In this document: positions 1 to 9,604 of the stretch, in pieces
Position numbering within the stretch: the first letter of the stretch is position 1
Layout of the letters: each line of letters starts with the position of its first letter
Assembly: GCA_046351535.1 (NCBI GenBank)
Contig: JAXLYG010000005.1
Coordinates: forward strand, 101,334-165,333
Direction: 5' to 3'
DNA length: 64,000 nucleotides
From: Polyangiales bacterium
GTDB taxonomy: Bacteria; Myxococcota_A; Polyangia; Polyangiales; Ga0077539
Program-made: the position numbers and the translations under genes
The notes under the pieces: model-generated
What the model saw: the letters and a program-made list of their open reading frames with translations, nothing else
The model's database searches: none
Told to the model about the DNA's origin: nothing

Positions 1-315
1 CCGGCCTTCGTCGCGCAAGGGGGAGACCCCCGCGGTGACGGATACGGTGGGACCAACACCATCGTCGAGACCGAGCTCTCGGGGATGCGCTTCGACCGCG
101 GGGCCGTCGGGATCGCGCTCGCCGGGCTCGACACCGGTGGGATGCAGTTCTTCGTGGTGACCGCCGACGCGCCGCACCTCGACGCCCGCTATCCCTGGAT
201 CGGGCGCGTCATCGAGGGGATGGAGATTGTCGACGAGATGATGGAAGGCGATGCGATCGAACGGGTGGAGTTCGTCGCCCGTCAGCGCGACGAGGGGATG
301 GGACCCGCGTCGTAG
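1..315 (+). CDS. peptidyl-prolyl cis-trans isomerase, cyclophilin type (5' partial; only the C-terminal part is in the window)
   Basis: Frame-1 translation from base 1 (PAFVAQGGDPRGDGYGG...GMQFFVV...GRVIEGMEIVDEM) looks like a cyclophilin C-terminal core. The stop is TAG at 313-315. The ORF track has the 85..315 part. Confidence 0.65.
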   Translation, partial: PAFVAQGGDPRGDGYGGTNTIVETELSGMRFDRGAVGIALAGLDTGGMQFFVVTADAPHLDARYPWIGRVIEGMEIVDEMMEGDAIERVEFVARQRDEGMGPAS

Positions 316-1463
316 GCCGCGATCCCCGTGACGGACTGACCGAGCACGAGCGTGTGGATGTCGTGCGTGCCCTCGTAGGTGATCACCGTCTCGAGGTTCA
401 GGAGGTGGCGCGAGATCGGGTACTCGTAGGTGATCCCGTTCCCGCCCAGGATGTCGCGGCACTTACGAGCAGTCTCGAGCGCCATGTAGACGTTGTTGCG
501 CTTGGCGAGCGAGACCTGGTCGGGCCTCATCTTCTTCGCCTCCTTCAGCTTGCCGAGGCGCCAGGCGACGAGCTGCGCCTTGGTGATCTCGGTGAGCATG
601 TCCGCGAACTTCGCCTGGACGAGCTGGTAGCCCGCGATGGGGCGTGAGAACTGGACCCTCGTCTTCGCGTAGTCGACCGCGCACTCGAAGCAGGCTTCGG
701 CCGCGCCGATGACGCCCCAGGCGATGCCGTAGCGGGCCTGCGTGAGGCAGCTCAGCGGACCCTTGATCCCTTCGACGCCGGGCATCAGCGCGCTCTCGGG
801 GACCTCGACGTCCTCGAGGATCAGCTCGCTCGTCACAGAGGCCCGCAGCGAGAACTTCCGCTCGATCTTCAGGGCGGTGAAGCCGGGGGTGTTGGTGGGA
901 ACCACGAAGCCCCGGATCACGCCGTCGAGCTTGGCCCACACGATCGCCACGTCGGCGAGGTTGCCGTTGGTGATCCAGCGCTTGGTGCCGTTGAGCTTGA
1001 AGCCGTTGGCCGTGCGCTCCGCGCGGGTGATCATCCCGCCGGGGTTCGACCCGAAGTCGGGCTCCGTGAGTCCGAAGCAGCCGACGGCCTCGCCCGAAGC
1101 GAGCTTCGGGAGCCAGGTCGTGCGGTGCTCCTCGGAGCCGAACGCATAGATCGGGTACATCACCAGGGCGCCCTGGACCGAGCAGAACGACCGCACGCCC
1201 GAGTCGGCGCGCTCGAGTTCCTTCATCACCAGGCCGTAGGCGACGTCGCCCATGCCCGCGCAGCCGTACTTCTCGGGCAGCGTCGCCCCGAGCACGCCGA
1301 GCTTGCCGAACTCGGGGATGAGGTCCGACGGAAAGGTCCCCTCTTCGTAGTGCTTCGAAATGCCCGGAAGCACTCGCGCATCCACGAACGCGCGGACGTT
1401 GTCGCGCACCATCCGCTCCTCTTCCGTGAGGAGCGAGTCGATGTCATAGAAGTCGACGGACAT
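282..1463 (-). CDS. gcdH: glutaryl-CoA dehydrogenase (acyl-CoA dehydrogenase family)
   Basis: 393-aa ORF with acyl-CoA dehydrogenase N, middle and C domains. The GLTEPDFGSNPGGMITRA segment resembles the GCDH signature. Its 3' end overlaps the cyclophilin gene convergently by 34 nt. Confidence 0.8.
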   Translation of the reverse strand: MSVDFYDIDSLLTEEERMVRDNVRAFVDARVLPGISKHYEEGTFPSDLIPEFGKLGVLGATLPEKYGCAGMGDVAYGLVMKELERADSGVRSFCSVQGALVMYPIYAFGSEEHRTTWLPKLASGEAVGCFGLTEPDFGSNPGGMITRAERTANGFKLNGTKRWITNGNLADVAIVWAKLDGVIRGFVVPTNTPGFTALKIERKFSLRASVTSELILEDVEVPESALMPGVEGIKGPLSCLTQARYGIAWGVIGAAEACFECAVDYAKTRVQFSRPIAGYQLVQAKFADMLTEITKAQLVAWRLGKLKEAKKMRPDQVSLAKRNNVYMALETARKCRDILGGNGITYEYPISRHLLNLETVITYEGTHDIHTLVLGQSVTGIAAYDAGPIPSSR

Positions 1464-1587
1464 GGGATCTCCTCGCAGGCGGCGCTGTCATGCTCGCCGC
1501 CTCTTGCGAGGGCAATCCATATCGGCCCTGCACCCCGCGCCGCAAGGGCGTCCATTGGGTACATCGTTGAATGGTTGAAATACGAAA

Positions 1588-1630
1588 GGCCACCTTTCTC
1601 TCGCGAGAAGGGTGGCCCTCGTATTTTTCC
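1588..1630 (-). terminator. stem-loop terminator candidate immediately 3' of tRNA-Ala
   Basis: Near-perfect inverted repeat GGCCACCTTT / AAGGGTGGCC (about 10-bp stem, 10-nt loop). It is flanked by T-rich runs on both strands (TATTTTT on plus, TTTCGTATTT on minus). Confidence 0.4.
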
Positions 1631-1631
1631 C

Positions 1632-1706
<75 letters not shown>

Positions 1707-1981
1707 GGAAGGGACGCGAAAGAAACCACGGGGGAGCGTTCCGGTCAAGGTTCTTTTTGCGACCCTACACATTTCTCTCCCGAGCCCCCGCCCACGCGTC
1801 CCTCAGCACACCAGAAAGAGCTTGGAATTCATGTACTTCCAACACACACCGTTGCGATTTTTGCGCGGAACGGACATATGTCGCGAGCGTGACGCTTGTG
1901 TCGTGCGGCGGGATGTGGCACTCGCGCCCCCCGCCGTGGGCAACCAACATACGCCCCCCCGATGAGGAGGAGTGCTTCTTC

Positions 1982-2746
1982 ATGGCGAGCCGCGAATCGA
2001 TCGACGAGAAGCTCAAGAACCTCGAAAACCTGCTGGCCGTGCAGGATGAGCGCATCCTGGCGAAATTCCAGGAGCAGGTAGACATGTCGTGGATCTATCA
2101 CGACACGGCACTCGAGGGCTCCGTGCTCTCGTTCCACGAGCTCAAGAGCGCGATCGACAAGGACGTCGTCTCCGACGTGTCGTTGATCCCCACGTACGAC
2201 GAGATCCGCGCCCACAAGGCCGCGATCGATTTCGTGCGTGAGACCGCGGGCGCGCGCAAGAAGGTGCCCATCACCCTCGAGCTCTTGAAGAAGCTCCAGG
2301 AGATGGTCTCGCCCGACGACCCCGAGGTGAAAGATGGAACCTTCCGCAAGGAGACCCCCGTCCACCGGCTCTACTTCCACGACATCGCGGCCCCCGAGAA
2401 GATCGCGGGCGAGATGAAGAAGCTCGGCGAGTGGCTCGCCGACCCCGAGACCAAGAAGCTCTCGGCGCTGCGTATGGGCTCGAAGATCCACTTCAAGCTC
2501 ATGCAGATCTTCCCGTACACCCGCCACACGGGGAAGCTCGCGCGCCTCGCGATGAACCTCGTGCTCCTGCGCTCGGGGTATCCGCCGGCCATCGTCCACT
2601 CGACGGAGCGGCAGCGGTACTACGAAGCCCTCCGCGGCCCGAGCCTCCCGCTGCACAACCTCATGCTCGACTCGCTGGAGAACTCCATCGACAGCGCGAT
2701 CAAGCTCTTCTCCGAGGCCAACAGCGGCCGTCGCGCGCTCGCGTAG
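1982..2746 (+). CDS. Fic/Fido-fold family protein with a degenerate active-site motif
   Basis: Overall Fic architecture is present: SWIYHDTALEGSVLSFHEL, then IFPYTRHTGKLARLAMNLVLLRSGYPPAIV. The canonical HPFx[DE]GNGR motif is replaced by FPYTRHTGK. ATG at 1982 gives MASRESIDEK; the upstream part of the 1757..2746 ORF is not Fic-like. Confidence 0.6.
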   Translation: MASRESIDEKLKNLENLLAVQDERILAKFQEQVDMSWIYHDTALEGSVLSFHELKSAIDKDVVSDVSLIPTYDEIRAHKAAIDFVRETAGARKKVPITLELLKKLQEMVSPDDPEVKDGTFRKETPVHRLYFHDIAAPEKIAGEMKKLGEWLADPETKKLSALRMGSKIHFKLMQIFPYTRHTGKLARLAMNLVLLRSGYPPAIVHSTERQRYYEALRGPSLPLHNLMLDSLENSIDSAIKLFSEANSGRRALA

Positions 2747-2778
2747 CCTCTCTCAGCCTCTTCTCCCTCTCCCCCCCG

Positions 2779-3363
2779 TCAGCCGAGCTTCTCGAAGAGC
2801 CTCCGCGGCACGGCCTTGCCCGTGAGCGCGATGCGCTGCGTCCCCTGCTCGATCACCACGGCGACGGTCTCCATCGCGCGGAAGACCGCGTACCGACCGA
2901 CGCCCTCCCAGCGCCGCTCGACCTCGCCCGAAGGCGCGATCGCGCACGCGCCCTGCTCTACGGGGCGGAGCGTCATGCCCTGAAAGGGGATCTCGACGCC
3001 GGGCCACCCCATCGCCGCGAGCTTCTCGTCCGTGCGCAGCACATAGAGCGACTCGCCCTCGCGGGGAAACGCCAGCCAGCGCTCCTTGCCGCGCTCGGGG
3101 GCCGAGCACACGCGCATCGCGGCGCTCCCCTCGCGCATGAGCGCCAGCTCGCCCGAGAGCCAGTACTCGTCGCCCATGTGCAGCAGCACGTCGCCGACCT
3201 TGTACTCACCGGGACCCGCGGTCACCCGCTGCTCCTTGCGGGGCGGGCTGCGCGAAGGCTCCGCCTGATCGACCTTCGCCTCACGCCTCCGACGCCAGCG
3301 CGCCACCGCCGCCGCCCCGCCCGCTCCCATCGCCACCAGCAGTCCGATCGTGATCGGGTCCAT
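2779..3363 (-). CDS. hypothetical protein with an N-terminal transmembrane anchor
   Basis: 194-aa ORF whose N-terminus (ITIGLLVAMGAGGAAAVA) is hydrophobic and followed by an RRRR stretch. It packs tightly against thiE (2-nt gap). I recognise no family. Confidence 0.45.
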   Translation of the reverse strand: MDPITIGLLVAMGAGGAAAVARWRRRREAKVDQAEPSRSPPRKEQRVTAGPGEYKVGDVLLHMGDEYWLSGELALMREGSAAMRVCSAPERGKERWLAFPREGESLYVLRTDEKLAAMGWPGVEIPFQGMTLRPVEQGACAIAPSGEVERRWEGVGRYAVFRAMETVAVVIEQGTQRIALTGKAVPRRLFEKLG

Positions 3364-3365
3364 TG

Positions 3366-4004
3366 CTACGCTCCGCCAAGCGCCAGATGCAGCGCGCGCG
3401 CATTGTCGGTCACGCGAGCCTCTTCGACCAGCAGCGCGGAGATGACGGCCCCAGAAGTCGCGCCCGACGCGCGGATCTGCGCCGCGTTCTCGAGGGTGAT
3501 TCCGCCGATCGCGACGAGCGACCTGCCCGCGGAGGCGCAGCGCGAGGCCGCCGAACGCAGCCCTTCGAGGCCCGTCACGGGCGCGTGATCAGTCTTTGAA
3601 ATCGTCGAGAAAATAGGGCCGAACGCGACGTAGTCCGCGTCGGTCGCGAGCGCGGCCGACACGTCAGCGTCGGTGTGCGTCGAGGTCCCCACGAGGAGCG
3701 ACGGGGCGAAGCGCCGGACCTCAGCGACAGGGAGGTCTTCGGTGCCCACGTGAACCCCGCGCGCACCCGAGAGCAGCGCGAGGTCGGGGCGGTCGTTGAC
3801 GAAGAAGGGAACGCCCGCGCCGTGGCAGATCTCCGCGAGGCGCCGCGCGAGGGGGAGCGCGTCGCGCGCGCCGAGGGATTTCGCGCGGAGTTGAAGCGCC
3901 GTGAGGGCGCCCGCGGCGAGGACGCGCTCGGCGAACGAGCACGGCTCACGGCGCGCGCGCGTCAGGGAGTCGACGTCGATGATGGCGTAGAGGCCGCTTC
4001 TCAC
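3366..4004 (-). CDS. thiE: thiamine-phosphate synthase
   Basis: 212 aa with the ThiE TIM-barrel pattern (LYAIIDVD..., VPFFVNDRPDLAL..., GVHVGTEDLP, ADYVAFGPIF, VAIGGI). Confidence 0.8.
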   Translation of the reverse strand: MRSGLYAIIDVDSLTRARREPCSFAERVLAAGALTALQLRAKSLGARDALPLARRLAEICHGAGVPFFVNDRPDLALLSGARGVHVGTEDLPVAEVRRFAPSLLVGTSTHTDADVSAALATDADYVAFGPIFSTISKTDHAPVTGLEGLRSAASRCASAGRSLVAIGGITLENAAQIRASGATSGAVISALLVEEARVTDNARALHLALGGA

Positions 4005-4005
4005 T

Positions 4006-5967
4006 GTGCGTGTCGGAATCGCCGCTCGTCGCCGCCCTTGTCAAGCGGAAGCGCTTTCTGCGATACCGATGCGCCGGTACACCGTGAACGACCCGCGGTC
4101 GAACGACGACCGTTTCCCCTGGGCCTGGATCTCAAACATCTCGCTCGCCGCGACGGTGCTCTTCGCCGCGCTCGCCCTCTCGCGCTATCGCTCCTGGCAC
4201 AACGAGACCTTCGACCTCGCGTTCTACGCGCGCATGGTCTGGGGAGCGGGTCACTGGGACCTCGCGAATCCCCTCGTGGGCGCGCCGCTCTGGGGGCTGC
4301 ACCTCTCGCTGGTGCTTCTTCCCCTGGGCTTTCTCTCCCGCTTCGTCCACGTCGTGCCGCTGATCCTCGTCGTGCAGGCCGTGTGCGTCGGGGCCGCGGG
4401 GATTCCCCTCGCGCGCCTCGCGTTTCGTCGCATCGGCCACCCCGCCGCGGCCTTCGGCGCGCTCGCCGTGTACCTCCTCTATCCGACGGTGGGCTCCGTC
4501 GCGACGTACGAGTTCCACCCGAGCTCCCTCGCGCTCCTCCCGCTCGCGCTCGCGCTCGACTGGTTCGATCAGCGAGAGATCCGCAAAGGGTGCTTCGCGC
4601 TCCTCCTCGCCGCCGCGTGCCGCGAAGACGTCGCGCTCGTCTGCGCGCTCACGGGCGCCTCCCTCGCGCTGCGCCCCAAGCACCGCAAGGAAGGCCTCGC
4701 CATCTTCGCGTTCTTCGCGCTCTGGTTCGTCGTGTACCTCTTCGGCATCGCGCCGAGGTACCTCCCCCGTCACGGCTCGTTGCAGCTCCACTACGGTCAC
4801 CTCGGGTCGTCTCCGGGCGGCATCGTCGCGCATCTTCTCAGGCACCCCATCGCCACGCTTCGTGAGCTCGCGACGCCCGCGCGGCTGCTCTATATCCCGC
4901 GGCTCCTCGTGCCCGTGGCCGCGCTCCCGCTCTTGAGACCGCGGTGGCTCCTGCCCATCGCTGCGCCCGTCGCGATCAACCTCCTGTCGCAGTTCCCGAC
5001 GGCGGTGCAGATCCACTCGCACTACACCACGCTCGCGGTGCCCTTCGTCATCGTGGCCGCGGTGCACGGCTTCGCCCACCTGCTCGCCGTCGGCGTCGAG
5101 CGACCCGCGCGCTGGGCCGCCGCCGCGTCGTGCGCCGTGCTCTTCGGGACGCTCCACATGCAACACCGCGCGGGCGTGCTCCCCTTCATCGCGCGCCGCT
5201 ACGACCCCAACGCCTACGTCGCCGACTCTCGGATGACCGCGCTCGACACCGTGGTGAACGTCATCCCCGGCGACGCCGCCGTGGCCGCGCCCGACTACGT
5301 GCTCCCGCACCTGGCCGAGCGCGTGAGGATCTTTCGATATCCAACCGAACGCCGACCCGAGTACATCGTGCTCTCGACGGAGCACCGGCTGCTCCACACC
5401 GGGACGCAGGAACTCTGGCGCAACATCGAGGAGACCGCCGTGCGAGGCGCGCTCTTCTGGAAGCGCTACGGCGTCTGGGCCGTCGTGGGGAACTACATCA
5501 TCCTCCGCGAGGGGTGGCCCATTCGCACCTACGCGCGCGGGCGCTACGTCGAGTTCGACCCGGACCCCCGCGTTCACAGGGCTCACGTCGACGTGGGCTC
5601 GCACCTCGCCGTCGCGGGCTGGGGCCTCGAGCGCATCGAGCACGGGACGCGCGTCGTGCTCCTCCTCGTGGCGAAGGAGCCCATGCCCTACGACGTGAAC
5701 TTCGAAGTGGGCTGGGGGCCGCTGCACCCGCACCTCGACCGCCAGGACCCGCAGCGCACCTACGCGTTTCTGCCCTTCGACGGCGCGTTTCATCCGAGCT
5801 TCGTGCGGACCGGAGAGGTCGTGCGGACCACCGTCGACGTGCCCGCCGAGCCCGATGAGCTCCTCGCGCATGGTGTGTACTTCGGCGCGCGGCGCGTGGA
5901 CGGTTCGCGCCTCGACGCCGAGAGCGCGCACTGGACCCTCCTCCCGCCGGGCGAGACGACGCGATGA
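4006..5967 (+). CDS. DUF2079-like polytopic membrane protein (possible GT-C-fold glycosyltransferase-like) with a C-terminal soluble domain
   Basis: The N-terminal ~450 aa hold about 10 predicted TM helices and the motif YRSWHNETFDLAFYARMVWG, which is typical of DUF2079. A more plausible start is the ATG at 4069 (MRRYTVNDPRS). The stop overlaps the next gene's start as ATGA. Confidence 0.5.
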   Translation: MRVGIAARRRPCQAEALSAIPMRRYTVNDPRSNDDRFPWAWISNISLAATVLFAALALSRYRSWHNETFDLAFYARMVWGAGHWDLANPLVGAPLWGLHLSLVLLPLGFLSRFVHVVPLILVVQAVCVGAAGIPLARLAFRRIGHPAAAFGALAVYLLYPTVGSVATYEFHPSSLALLPLALALDWFDQREIRKGCFALLLAAACREDVALVCALTGASLALRPKHRKEGLAIFAFFALWFVVYLFGIAPRYLPRHGSLQLHYGHLGSSPGGIVAHLLRHPIATLRELATPARLLYIPRLLVPVAALPLLRPRWLLPIAAPVAINLLSQFPTAVQIHSHYTTLAVPFVIVAAVHGFAHLLAVGVERPARWAAAASCAVLFGTLHMQHRAGVLPFIARRYDPNAYVADSRMTALDTVVNVIPGDAAVAAPDYVLPHLAERVRIFRYPTERRPEYIVLSTEHRLLHTGTQELWRNIEETAVRGALFWKRYGVWAVVGNYIILREGWPIRTYARGRYVEFDPDPRVHRAHVDVGSHLAVAGWGLERIEHGTRVVLLLVAKEPMPYDVNFEVGWGPLHPHLDRQDPQRTYAFLPFDGAFHPSFVRTGEVVRTTVDVPAEPDELLAHGVYFGARRVDGSRLDAESAHWTLLPPGETTR

Positions 5968-8447
5968 GGCGCGCGGTTCTGGTGGCCTCGCTCATGGCCC
6001 TCACGACCTGCCGCAGCGCGGGGCGTACGAGGGTCTCGAACGGCGACATCGAGGTGGGGCGCGTCTCGACCGAGGCCGCCACGCGCGCGACGGCGGGCTC
6101 CGCGCGCTCGGCCATGCGCGGCGACTGGGTGCTGCGCGATCGCGACCTGCGCGTGACCGTCACGGGGTCTGAAGGCCCCACGCGCAACGAGCCTCCGGGG
6201 ACCATCGCGCAGGTGATGATCAATTCGCTCCCGGGCGCCGAGGCGCTGCGCTCGGTGGAGCCGCTCTTTCGTGTCGGCGCGCGCGACGTGGGGCTCCAGT
6301 CTCCGACCTTCGAAGCGGTGCTCGAAGGGGGCGTCGCGCTCCTGCGCGTGCGAGGGAGCCTCCGCGTCGGGGCCCAGTCGCTCGAGGTGCTGCGCGAGTA
6401 CTCGCTCGAGACGGGGCGCATGGCGTTGCACGTTCGAACGTCGATTCACAACCCGGGCCCCGCCGACGTGGTGGGCTTCTCGTGGGGCGCGCGCCTCGAG
6501 TGGGGCGGCGCCGCGCCCTTCGCGCCAGGGATCGGCCTCGTCAACGACGCGCGCGAGGGTCGCTCGACCTGGGTCGGACACGCCTTTCAGGGCGCGGTCA
6601 CCGCGTGGACGCGCGCCACCGGGAGCCGCGATGAGCTCCTGCGCTTCACCATCGATCAGCACGGCTCGTCGGCGCTCGGCGGACACACCGACGCGCTCGC
6701 TCCGCCCGTCACGCTCGCCGCGCAGCACACCATCGAAGACAGGGCCGTGCTGCTCGTGATGCCCGGCGACCTCACCGACGTCGCGCGCGCCATCGCGTTC
6801 GCGCGCAACGAGCACGTCGGCGAGGCCGCGGTGGTGCTCCAAGGGGGGGCGAGGGAGCCCGAGCTCACGGTGACCGACACGCGGGGAACGCCCGTGCTCA
6901 TCGCGCATCCGACGAGCGACACGCACTCGCTCCCGCTCGCGCCGGGCGAGTACATCGCCTCGGCGACGGCGCCCGGTCACGCGCCGTCTGATCCCGTTCG
7001 CTTCGTCGTGACGCCCGACAGCGCGGGGGCCATCCCCGTCGAGGTGAGCATTCCGAGGGGCGGTCACCTCCGCGTCGACGCGCGCGACGACGACACGGGG
7101 AGAGAGATCCCCGTGCGGGTCACGGTGCGCGGGATCCACCCCACGCGTGACCCCAACCTCGGACCGAATGATCGCGCCGCGGGGGCCGGCGTCGTGGCCG
7201 TCGCGATGCGCGGACAGACCGAGATTCCAGTGCCTCCGGGGCGCTACAAGGTCACCGTCTCGCACGGCCCCGAGTGGACCATCGCCACGCAGGAGGTGAC
7301 CGTCACCGAGACCCTCCGCGGTGACGTGAGCGTCGCGCTCCAGCACGTCGTTCGAATGGACGCCTGGGTCGGATGCGATCTGCACGTGCACGCGAACCCG
7401 AGCTTCGACTCGCGCGTGACCGTCGAAGACCGCGTCGCGACGCTCGTCTCCGAGGGCGTCGGCTTCGCCACACCGACGGAGCACAACGTCGTCGGCGACT
7501 ACAGCGCGGGCGTCGCCATGCTCCCCGACGGCGCGCGAGAGAGCTTTCTCTGGGTGCCCGCGGTAGAGGTCACCACCGACAGGAGCGCGCAGCCCTGGGG
7601 GCACTTCAACGTCTACCCGTTTCGCCCCGACCCCGCGACGCCGGGAGGCTCTCCGCCGCCCTTTCTCAACACCGCGCCGCGGCAGATCTTTCGCGCGGCG
7701 AGGGCCAACAACCCCGACGCGTTCATCCAGGTCAACCACCCCCGGATGCAGCCCAACATCGGGTACTTCAACGTCACGGGCCTCGATCCCCGGACCAACC
7801 GCGCGGTCTCGCGCGACTACGACCCCGGCTACGACGCCATCGAGGTCTTCAACGGCTTCTATCTGGGCGCGATCCCGAGCGTCGAGGCGGTGCTCCATGA
7901 TTGGATGTCGCTCCTCGGCGCGGGCGCGCGCTACATCGCCACGGGGTCGAGCGACTCGCACCATGTGATGTACTCGTGGGCGGGCTATCCGCGGACCTAC
8001 GTGCGCGTCGCGCCCGACGGAGATCCGCGCTGCGAGGCCGCGCACGAGAGCGCCACGGTGCTCCGCGAGCTGCGTCGGGGGAGGGCCTTCGTCACCTCGG
8101 GTCCGATGCTCTTTCTCTCGGTCGGTAGCGCGGAGCCCGGTGACACGGTGCAGGTCTCGCCGCTCGAGGCCGTGAGCGTGCGGGTGCGCGTGATGGCCGC
8201 GCCGTGGATCGCCGTGGAGTCCGTGGATCTCTTCCGCGACGGTCAGCGCGTGGCGACGCTCACGGTCCCCGCGTCGACGACGACGGTGCGGCTCGACGCG
8301 GAGCTTTCGCTGCCGATGAGTCCCGGGAGCTTTCTCATCGCCGTGGCGCGAGGTCCGCGCGGCGGGTTGAACGTCGTGCTCCCGTACTCCGACGGGACGC
8401 CCTTCGCGTTCACGAATCCGATCTTCTTCGAAGCTCGTCCGCGCTGA
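5964..8447 (+). CDS. PHP-domain (CehA/McbA-type) metal-dependent phosphoesterase lipoprotein
   Basis: Lipobox LMALTTC at the N-terminus. PHP motif VGCDLHVHANPSFDS...TPTEHN...SSDSHH. Translationally coupled to the upstream membrane protein (ATGA overlap). Confidence 0.6.
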   Translation: MRRAVLVASLMALTTCRSAGRTRVSNGDIEVGRVSTEAATRATAGSARSAMRGDWVLRDRDLRVTVTGSEGPTRNEPPGTIAQVMINSLPGAEALRSVEPLFRVGARDVGLQSPTFEAVLEGGVALLRVRGSLRVGAQSLEVLREYSLETGRMALHVRTSIHNPGPADVVGFSWGARLEWGGAAPFAPGIGLVNDAREGRSTWVGHAFQGAVTAWTRATGSRDELLRFTIDQHGSSALGGHTDALAPPVTLAAQHTIEDRAVLLVMPGDLTDVARAIAFARNEHVGEAAVVLQGGAREPELTVTDTRGTPVLIAHPTSDTHSLPLAPGEYIASATAPGHAPSDPVRFVVTPDSAGAIPVEVSIPRGGHLRVDARDDDTGREIPVRVTVRGIHPTRDPNLGPNDRAAGAGVVAVAMRGQTEIPVPPGRYKVTVSHGPEWTIATQEVTVTETLRGDVSVALQHVVRMDAWVGCDLHVHANPSFDSRVTVEDRVATLVSEGVGFATPTEHNVVGDYSAGVAMLPDGARESFLWVPAVEVTTDRSAQPWGHFNVYPFRPDPATPGGSPPPFLNTAPRQIFRAARANNPDAFIQVNHPRMQPNIGYFNVTGLDPRTNRAVSRDYDPGYDAIEVFNGFYLGAIPSVEAVLHDWMSLLGAGARYIATGSSDSHHVMYSWAGYPRTYVRVAPDGDPRCEAAHESATVLRELRRGRAFVTSGPMLFLSVGSAEPGDTVQVSPLEAVSVRVRVMAAPWIAVESVDLFRDGQRVATLTVPASTTTVRLDAELSLPMSPGSFLIAVARGPRGGLNVVLPYSDGTPFAFTNPIFFEARPR

Positions 8448-8516
8448 GAAGCAGAGGGTGTGTCGGGCGCGCCGGGCGTCCTTGCGGCCGCCGGTCTGTC
8501 GTTCGTGGGGGATCGA

Positions 8517-9320
8517 TCAGGCCGCGAGGTCGCCGAGCGCGCCGCGGAGCTTCTGGAGCGCGCGGGCCTCGATCTGACGGACGCGCTCCTTCGAGATGCC
8601 GAGGCTCTGACCGAGCGATTCGAGGGTCTCTTCGGCCTCGCCGAGCACGCGGTGTTCGAGGATCCAGCGCTCGCGGTCGGTGAGCTGCGTGAGGGCCGCG
8701 TCGATGCGCTCGCGCGTGTGGGCGCCCTCGTCGTGCTCGATCGTGGCCTCCTCGGGCGACGCGCAGTTGTCGCGCAGACGCTCGAGCGGCGCGCTCTCGC
8801 CGTCGGGCGCCGCGTCGAGGGAGACGTCGCGCTGCTTGAGCATCGGGAGGAGCCGCGCGGCACGCTCCGCGGTGACGCCCGAGAGCGCTGCGAGCTTCTC
8901 GGGGTCCTCTTCGCGCGTGCGGCGGAAGGCCCTGAGCGCGCGTCGCTCGCCCTTGCTCCCGCCGATGCGCACGAGGCGGTACGCGCGGACGACGTAGTCG
9001 CGGATCTCCGCGCGGATCCAGTAGACCGCGTAGGTGATGAGCCGGCAGTCGCGCTCGGGGTTGAAGCGCGTCGCGGCCTTCAAGAGCCCGAGGTTGCCCT
9101 GCTGGATCAGGTCTTCGAGCGCGACGCCCCAACGGCGGTACTCCGTCGCGATGGTGATGACGAACGGGAGCGACGCTTCGATGAGCTTGCGTCCCGCGAG
9201 CTGGTCGCCGTTGCGCCAGCGCGCCGCGAGGTCTCGCTCCTCGTCGGCCTTGAGGGGAGAGATCCCCGTGAGTGAGTTTCGATACGCTTCGAGCGCTGTC
9301 GCTGAGCCGAGGATGGCCAT
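8517..9320 (-). CDS. RNA polymerase sigma-70 family factor, RpoH-like (group 3)
   Basis: Region 2 (LIQQGNLGLLKAATRFNPERDCRLITYAVYWIRAEIRDYV) and region 4 (LTDRERWILEHRVLG...LESLGQSLGISKERVRQIEARAL) are present. I place the start at ATG 9320 (MAILGS); the first 48 codons of the 9464 ORF look non-coding. Confidence 0.7.
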   Translation of the reverse strand: MAILGSATALEAYRNSLTGISPLKADEERDLAARWRNGDQLAGRKLIEASLPFVITIATEYRRWGVALEDLIQQGNLGLLKAATRFNPERDCRLITYAVYWIRAEIRDYVVRAYRLVRIGGSKGERRALRAFRRTREEDPEKLAALSGVTAERAARLLPMLKQRDVSLDAAPDGESAPLERLRDNCASPEEATIEHDEGAHTRERIDAALTQLTDRERWILEHRVLGEAEETLESLGQSLGISKERVRQIEARALQKLRGALGDLAA

Positions 9321-9438
9321 GTACTGCGACCTCCGAGGCCGCAGCCGGTGCACGGGCAGTGCCACGCGTGCACGCGCACGGAAATCAAGGGATGTCGCGT
9401 TTCCGACCGACGCTCCGACGCGCGAGACGACTTCTGTA

Positions 9439-9465
9439 ACGCGTACGCGTTGCGGTAGCCGCAAT
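9439..9465. promoter_or_regulatory. two adjacent palindromes upstream of the RpoH-like sigma gene (candidate operator)
   Basis: AACGCGTACGCGTT (perfect 14-bp palindrome, 9439-9452) overlaps TTGCGGtagCCGCAA (6-bp inverted arms, 9451-9465). They lie about 120-145 bp upstream of the sigma-factor start on the minus strand. Confidence 0.3.
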
Positions 9466-9604
9466 CGTTGCGTTCGCCCGGTTTTCCGTGGGGATTTTGA
9501 ACGTTGAACGAAGAGACAGACAACGTCACGGAGTCATCGCACGCGCGACGTCTCGGTGAGTCTCAGCGGAGGGTTGCTCGAAGGCGCGGAGGGGAGCGCA
9601 GCGA

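Noticed and set aside
4132-8045. Long Arg-rich antisense ORFs, for example 4132..5931 (599 aa) and 5790..8045 (751 aa); similar cases at 26017..28605, 26762..28567, 36379..38472, 42246..44840 and 55811..58510
   Set aside because: Their composition is dominated by R/G/A/P/H/D. They have no motifs and lie antisense to genes with clear domain signatures. High-GC genomes lack stop codons on the non-coding strand.
8460-9275. ORFs 8460..9275 (+), 8243..8863 (-) and 8410..9132 (-) overlapping the RpoH-like sigma gene
   Set aside because: They are alternative-frame or antisense shadows of the well-supported sigma-factor gene. They have low-complexity Arg/Ala/Ser composition and no motifs.
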